Source of the DNA: a virus
Lineage: Duplodnaviria > Caudoviricetes
Virus record (IMG/VR): IMGVR_UViG_3300025543_000136
Coordinates: 1 to 30,021 of that record
DNA: 30,021 nt
Direction: 5' to 3' (one strand)
Under the pieces are notes generated by a model. It saw only the letters and a list, made by a program, of their open reading frames with translations, was not told the DNA's origin and did not search any database. This document shows, in pieces, positions 26,317 to 30,021 of the stretch. The stretch's first letter is position 1. Each line of letters opens with the position of its first letter. Position numbers and translations under genes: made by a program.

Positions 26317-26811
26317 TCAGGCTCCCGAAGCAGCCAGAGGCTCGATTAGCCAAGGATCATCCTCAGCGTAAAATTTAGGATTGATAACTTCGAAAACAGC
26401 ATGCACCAACTTGTTTTTGTGCTTGGTCGCATCCATTGCGATCCACTCTCGTTGCTGGTTATCGATGGTTGTGAAGTCACGAGTGTCAACAACAATGACG
26501 TGCTTGGTTATTTGAACCACATAAACCTTACCAGCCTCAAGTGTCGGAAGGAATTTGGAGAGCTTGGTACGCTTCTCGAGACCAGACCACTTGCCAGATA
26601 CGCCCAGAGAGCGACAAGCTGCTTTCAGGTCGCTGTTCGTTATGCCTTTTGCGTGACGCTTTCCACGCACCGCTCTAACAGCTCTGTAAGCCTCCTCGTA
26701 CTCTGTACCACAGAGCACAGCGATGGCGTATGGACCACACCATGTTTTACGGTAAATCCCAGTGTCGCAATAAATCATTTGACGTTTGGCAGGGGTGTGC
26801 TTCTTTTCCAT
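26317..26811 (-). CDS. papain-like/C39-like Cys-peptidase-fold protein
   Basis: WCGPYAIAVL (Cys at helix start), KHVIVVD and IDN give a Cys-His-Asp order. RBS AGAAAGGA. Confidence 0.6.
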   Translation of the reverse strand: MEKKHTPAKRQMIYCDTGIYRKTWCGPYAIAVLCGTEYEEAYRAVRAVRGKRHAKGITNSDLKAACRSLGVSGKWSGLEKRTKLSKFLPTLEAGKVYVVQITKHVIVVDTRDFTTIDNQQREWIAMDATKHKNKLVHAVFEVINPKFYAEDDPWLIEPLAASGA

Positions 26812-26843
26812 TTTAGTTCCTTTCTAAAGAATTGAGGAGGTGG

Positions 26844-26859
26844 TGGGGCCGAAGCCCCA
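26844..26859 (-). promoter_or_regulatory. cUUCGg tetraloop hairpin
   Basis: Minus strand TGGGGC-TTCG-GCCCCA, 5 nt after the upstream stop, with no adjacent U tract. Confidence 0.7.
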
Positions 26860-26864
26860 GTTGA

Positions 26865-27338
26865 TTAAGCAGCTATTGGGTTTACCTCAAAAGCATAAAG
26901 TTTTTCGTTTGAACTTGGCAAATTTTCCAAGCTGTTTGTGTGAATTGCAATTGTGCTTTGGATGTAAACTTTTTCGTCTGGGTGAAATCCAGCGGGGCTG
27001 ATAAGGTCTTTGTTGTTGATTACAACGTAGCGCGTAGAAACAACCATCAGATCAGCAGCCATTGTATCTTTAAAGTTTTTCAGCTCATGAAATGCGTTGT
27101 TCAAGGCAAGATCCAACGTCTTAAATTCTTCAACCAGCGTATCAGTGATTGCGTCATTCATTTCATCATATGACAAAACGTCATCTTTGTTAGCTTTTGC
27201 ATCTCTCAATTCATCAAGAATTTCAGCCATGCGAACACTGTCGGATTTAGATTTTGCAATTTGTTCTGGGGTGGCGTCAGCCAACATTACTTCAAGCTCT
27301 TCGATGCGCGCTTTGATCTTTGATTTATTCGGTGTCAT
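26865..27338 (-). CDS. AT-rich early hypothetical protein
   Basis: Start moved to ATG 27338 (RBS AGAAAGGA). 157 aa with a coiled-coil N-terminus and its own promoter. Confidence 0.72.
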   Translation of the reverse strand: MTPNKSKIKARIEELEVMLADATPEQIAKSKSDSVRMAEILDELRDAKANKDDVLSYDEMNDAITDTLVEEFKTLDLALNNAFHELKNFKDTMAADLMVVSTRYVVINNKDLISPAGFHPDEKVYIQSTIAIHTNSLENLPSSNEKLYAFEVNPIAA

Positions 27339-27387
27339 TGTTAGTTCCTTTCTCAAACCGTCAGGGCCTCTCCCTTCCGATAAAGAG

Positions 27388-27416
27388 AGTATGTCTTATT
27401 TCTTCAGAGAAGGCAA
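27388..27416 (-). promoter_or_regulatory. sigma70-like promoter
   Basis: Minus strand TTGCCT-17 nt-CATACT with an AT-rich UP-like region. Confidence 0.7.
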
Positions 27417-27420
27417 GAGT

Positions 27421-27443
27421 TATTTTCATAAAAGATGAAAATA
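27421..27443. repeat. 9-bp inverted repeat, possible operator
   Basis: TATTTTCAT-AAAAG-ATGAAAATA, 4 nt upstream of the -35 box. Confidence 0.55.
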
Positions 27444-27459
27444 GTTTTTATATAAATGT

Positions 27460-30021
27460 TTACAACATCTTACGAACCTTTTCGACATAGATTTTTCTGA
27501 AGCCTTTTTTGATAGAGCCTTTCAATAAGTACCATTCACCCAGTTTTCCATCCTCCACGATTGGCTTGCCTATCTTTTGGTACTTGAACCTGTCGACTGT
27601 GCATATTATTGGAGCTGTGTCATCTTCCAGAGTTATGTTAAGCCATAGGTTATTGCGGTCAACTCTGCGACCACCACGTTTAGCCAAATTTACAGCTTCA
27701 TTCATATCCCTCAAATTTTTCTCTTTAAGTTTGCCAAAGAAAACGAATGTCCCTGGATTATCACCATCGAGCTCTTGAATGTCTATTATTTTTGAGCCAA
27801 TGTTGTGAGCCTTTGGATCTTTCTTGATGTGTCCGAATTTTCTTTCACACTCAAAAATATCGTCATAGGGTGTCGTGCCTGTGTTTAGGAGGGTTTCTTG
27901 CCTTGGGGTTAAAGGTTGCTCATAGGTGCGCCTATTTTCAATGTCTGCGGCCATTTTTGGCCCGATGCCTTTTATCCCTATCAACCCACCAATCAGTTCA
28001 TTATTTTGAACTGACCAGTTGGCCTTGGACTTGAATTTGTCGAATGGCTTGTAGGTCAATCCCTCGGTAACAACTTCCCTCAACAGCTTGACAGCTTGGT
28101 CGTCATCCTTGACATTGCGGAGGCAAGCAGCAGCATACTCGAGTGGGAACCTGCTTTTCAAAACGCAGCACCAATAGCTGACAAGAGCGTATGCAATCGC
28201 ATGGCTTCTGTTGAATGCCATTGATCCCATTGTGTTGATGTTATCCCAAATCTCACGAGCTTTTTTCTCATCTATATCATTTTCAGCTGCACCAATTTTG
28301 AACCTTTGCCAGTACCTGTCAAAAAACTCTTCACCAAGGGATTTGCTCATTGCCCTGCGGAGCTGAGAAACTTCTTCCCAAGTCAGCTTGCCAACCTCAC
28401 GAGCTATCGTCATAACTTGTTCTTGATAAACCACAACACCGTAGGTCACTTCTGTTGTTTCTTTTGTCATTTCATGAAAATGATAAACAGCCTCTGCCCC
28501 AGTTCTCTTTTTTATGAATTCGGTTGTGCCTCCTGAATTGAGTGGTCCAGGACGAGCCAAAGCTGTTATTGAGGATATGTCTTCAAAATTGTGCACCTTC
28601 ATTTGCCTAGTCACAGATTGCAGTGCATAGCCTTCGAATTGAAATATACCTGCATATTTCTCATCATTCAATATTGCGAATGCCTTCTCATCTTCCAGCG
28701 GGAATTTGATCAGTTGATCCCGAACCCAGCCAACCTGATCCAAAACGTCTTGCAATACGGAAAGTGTTCTGAGGCCCAATGCATCAATCTTCAGCAGATT
28801 GAGATCTTCAGCGTCTTTCTTGTCTATTTGAGCAGCACCAGTCTGCGCGCTTACAGAGCAATATTTGCTAACAGGCTCTTCAGTTACCAGAATGCCAGCA
28901 GCATGAACACCAACGTGCCTAGCGTGGTTCTCCATTGATGCTGCAATCTTCATCTGTGGGTACTTTTCCAAAACATCTCTGCCAACATCAAGATCGTTGA
29001 ATGTGTCAAGGATGCAAAACGCAGCACGAGAGTCACCACCACTACGTTCGATGATCGCACCTTTCAGGTCATTGACTTCCCATGCGGGGATGCCAAGCTC
29101 TTTGGCCACTTCTGCTATTGTGCTCTTGGCTTTGTATCGGCTAACCGTTCCGAGGTGTGCAACTTTTTCCGCACCGTACTTGTCCCTGAGATATTGAAAA
29201 ACCATCTCCCTGCGGTCATCCTGAAAGTCGATATCTATGTCTGGCAAATCAGCTCTGGTAACATCAATAAATCTTTCAAAAAGCAGACCATGAAAGATCG
29301 GATCAATGTCGGTTATGCCAGTAAGGTAACAAACCAAAGAACCAGCAGAAGAACCACGTGCAGGACCAACCAACATGTGCTCTTTGGCGTAACGAATCAT
29401 GTCAGCAATCACAAAGAAATAATCCTCAAATTCCTTGCTGGCAATCATGTCCAACTCTCGCTTGAGCCTAGCTGCATAAACTGGATCTTTCAGGTCAATG
29501 CCCAGTGCCGGAGCACCATCATCGCAAAGCTCTCGCAAAGTCTTTTTTGAATGAAATGCGATCATTTGCGCAACTGGAAGGTCAGCATTGCAAAGCTCTG
29601 CAACTTTGTAGGTGTTGTCGATGGCTTCTTGCGTTCCCCAAGGCACAGCAGCTTTCCACTCCCACTCGTCGAGGATGTGCATGGGCCCACTGCGATCTGT
29701 GCGGTTGCGGCCACACAAAACCTCGTAAGCCTTCTTGTCCGATGGCTTGGGATAAAAGTTGTCGCTGGTGGCGATGGTCTTGAAGCCTTTTTGAGCAGCC
29801 CACTCAGCTGACTTCGGAGAGCTCATTGGTCCAAGCTCGACGTAAAGATTGTGTTTTTTGGTCAAAGGAAGCATCGACCAGTCTGGGTGCGATCCGGACA
29901 ACATTATCACATTGTCACTGACATCGAACAAGTCTGAATAACTTATGCGTGGATAATAGTAGAAATTCTCTTTGGATGTGCTGCGGGAAACAAGCTCATA
30001 TATCTCAGCCAACCCATCATT
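27460..30021 (-). CDS. dnaE: DNA polymerase III alpha subunit-like (family C), 5'-truncated by the window
   Basis: GPARGSSAGSLV, LLFERF, PDIDIDF, HAAG, KIDALGL, GIFQFEG, YQEQVM, FNRSHA, HhH IKGIG and C-terminal OB. The frame stays open to the window edge. Confidence 0.95.
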   Translation of the reverse strand, partial: NDGLAEIYELVSRSTSKENFYYYPRISYSDLFDVSDNVIMLSGSHPDWSMLPLTKKHNLYVELGPMSSPKSAEWAAQKGFKTIATSDNFYPKPSDKKAYEVLCGRNRTDRSGPMHILDEWEWKAAVPWGTQEAIDNTYKVAELCNADLPVAQMIAFHSKKTLRELCDDGAPALGIDLKDPVYAARLKRELDMIASKEFEDYFFVIADMIRYAKEHMLVGPARGSSAGSLVCYLTGITDIDPIFHGLLFERFIDVTRADLPDIDIDFQDDRREMVFQYLRDKYGAEKVAHLGTVSRYKAKSTIAEVAKELGIPAWEVNDLKGAIIERSGGDSRAAFCILDTFNDLDVGRDVLEKYPQMKIAASMENHARHVGVHAAGILVTEEPVSKYCSVSAQTGAAQIDKKDAEDLNLLKIDALGLRTLSVLQDVLDQVGWVRDQLIKFPLEDEKAFAILNDEKYAGIFQFEGYALQSVTRQMKVHNFEDISSITALARPGPLNSGGTTEFIKKRTGAEAVYHFHEMTKETTEVTYGVVVYQEQVMTIAREVGKLTWEEVSQLRRAMSKSLGEEFFDRYWQRFKIGAAENDIDEKKAREIWDNINTMGSMAFNRSHAIAYALVSYWCCVLKSRFPLEYAAACLRNVKDDDQAVKLLREVVTEGLTYKPFDKFKSKANWSVQNNELIGGLIGIKGIGPKMAADIENRRTYEQPLTPRQETLLNTGTTPYDDIFECERKFGHIKKDPKAHNIGSKIIDIQELDGDNPGTFVFFGKLKEKNLRDMNEAVNLAKRGGRRVDRNNLWLNITLEDDTAPIICTVDRFKYQKIGKPIVEDGKLGEWYLLKGSIKKGFRKIYVEKVRKML

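Noticed and set aside
27460-30021. Intein or intron in dnaE, and GC mosaicism
   Set aside because: Motifs are contiguous and the protein is short, so no insertion is evident. Sampled GC is patchy (about 35-60%) with no clear boundary by eye.
1-30021. tRNA genes, CRISPR arrays, stop-codon recoding and programmed frameshifts
   Set aside because: No cloverleaf or repeat-spacer array seen. Genes tile the window in the standard code, and no split gene requires a frameshift.

Overview
The window is part of a tailed dsDNA phage genome, most likely a short-tailed (podovirus-like) marine phage. An alphaproteobacterial, possibly Rhodobacteraceae, host is suggested but not proven. Bases 1-21531 (+) form a dense virion operon: GroES co-chaperonin, scaffold, capsid and decoration proteins, two adaptor-like proteins, fibre/spike proteins, an embedded lysis cassette (holin-like genes plus an M15 peptidase endolysin), a nozzle, a GNAT acyltransferase and several DNA-ejection proteins. 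Bases 21528-30021 (-) form a convergent replication/early arm: PD-(D/E)XK nuclease, SNF2 helicase, SleB-like cell-wall hydrolase, small zinc-finger proteins, a block of early genes with sigma70-type promoters, strong shared RBSs and small RNA structures, and a compact family C (DnaE-type) DNA polymerase running off the window end. Terminase, portal, integrase, tRNAs and CRISPR arrays were not seen. The main leads are a possible ejection-protein modification module (glycine zipper plus Cys-initiated CFI-box-like domain, GNAT, MGGAC-starting protein), the phage DnaE, an intergenic H-type pseudoknot and a cupredoxin-like domain in a virion protein. All product calls come from motif recognition by eye, not from database searches.
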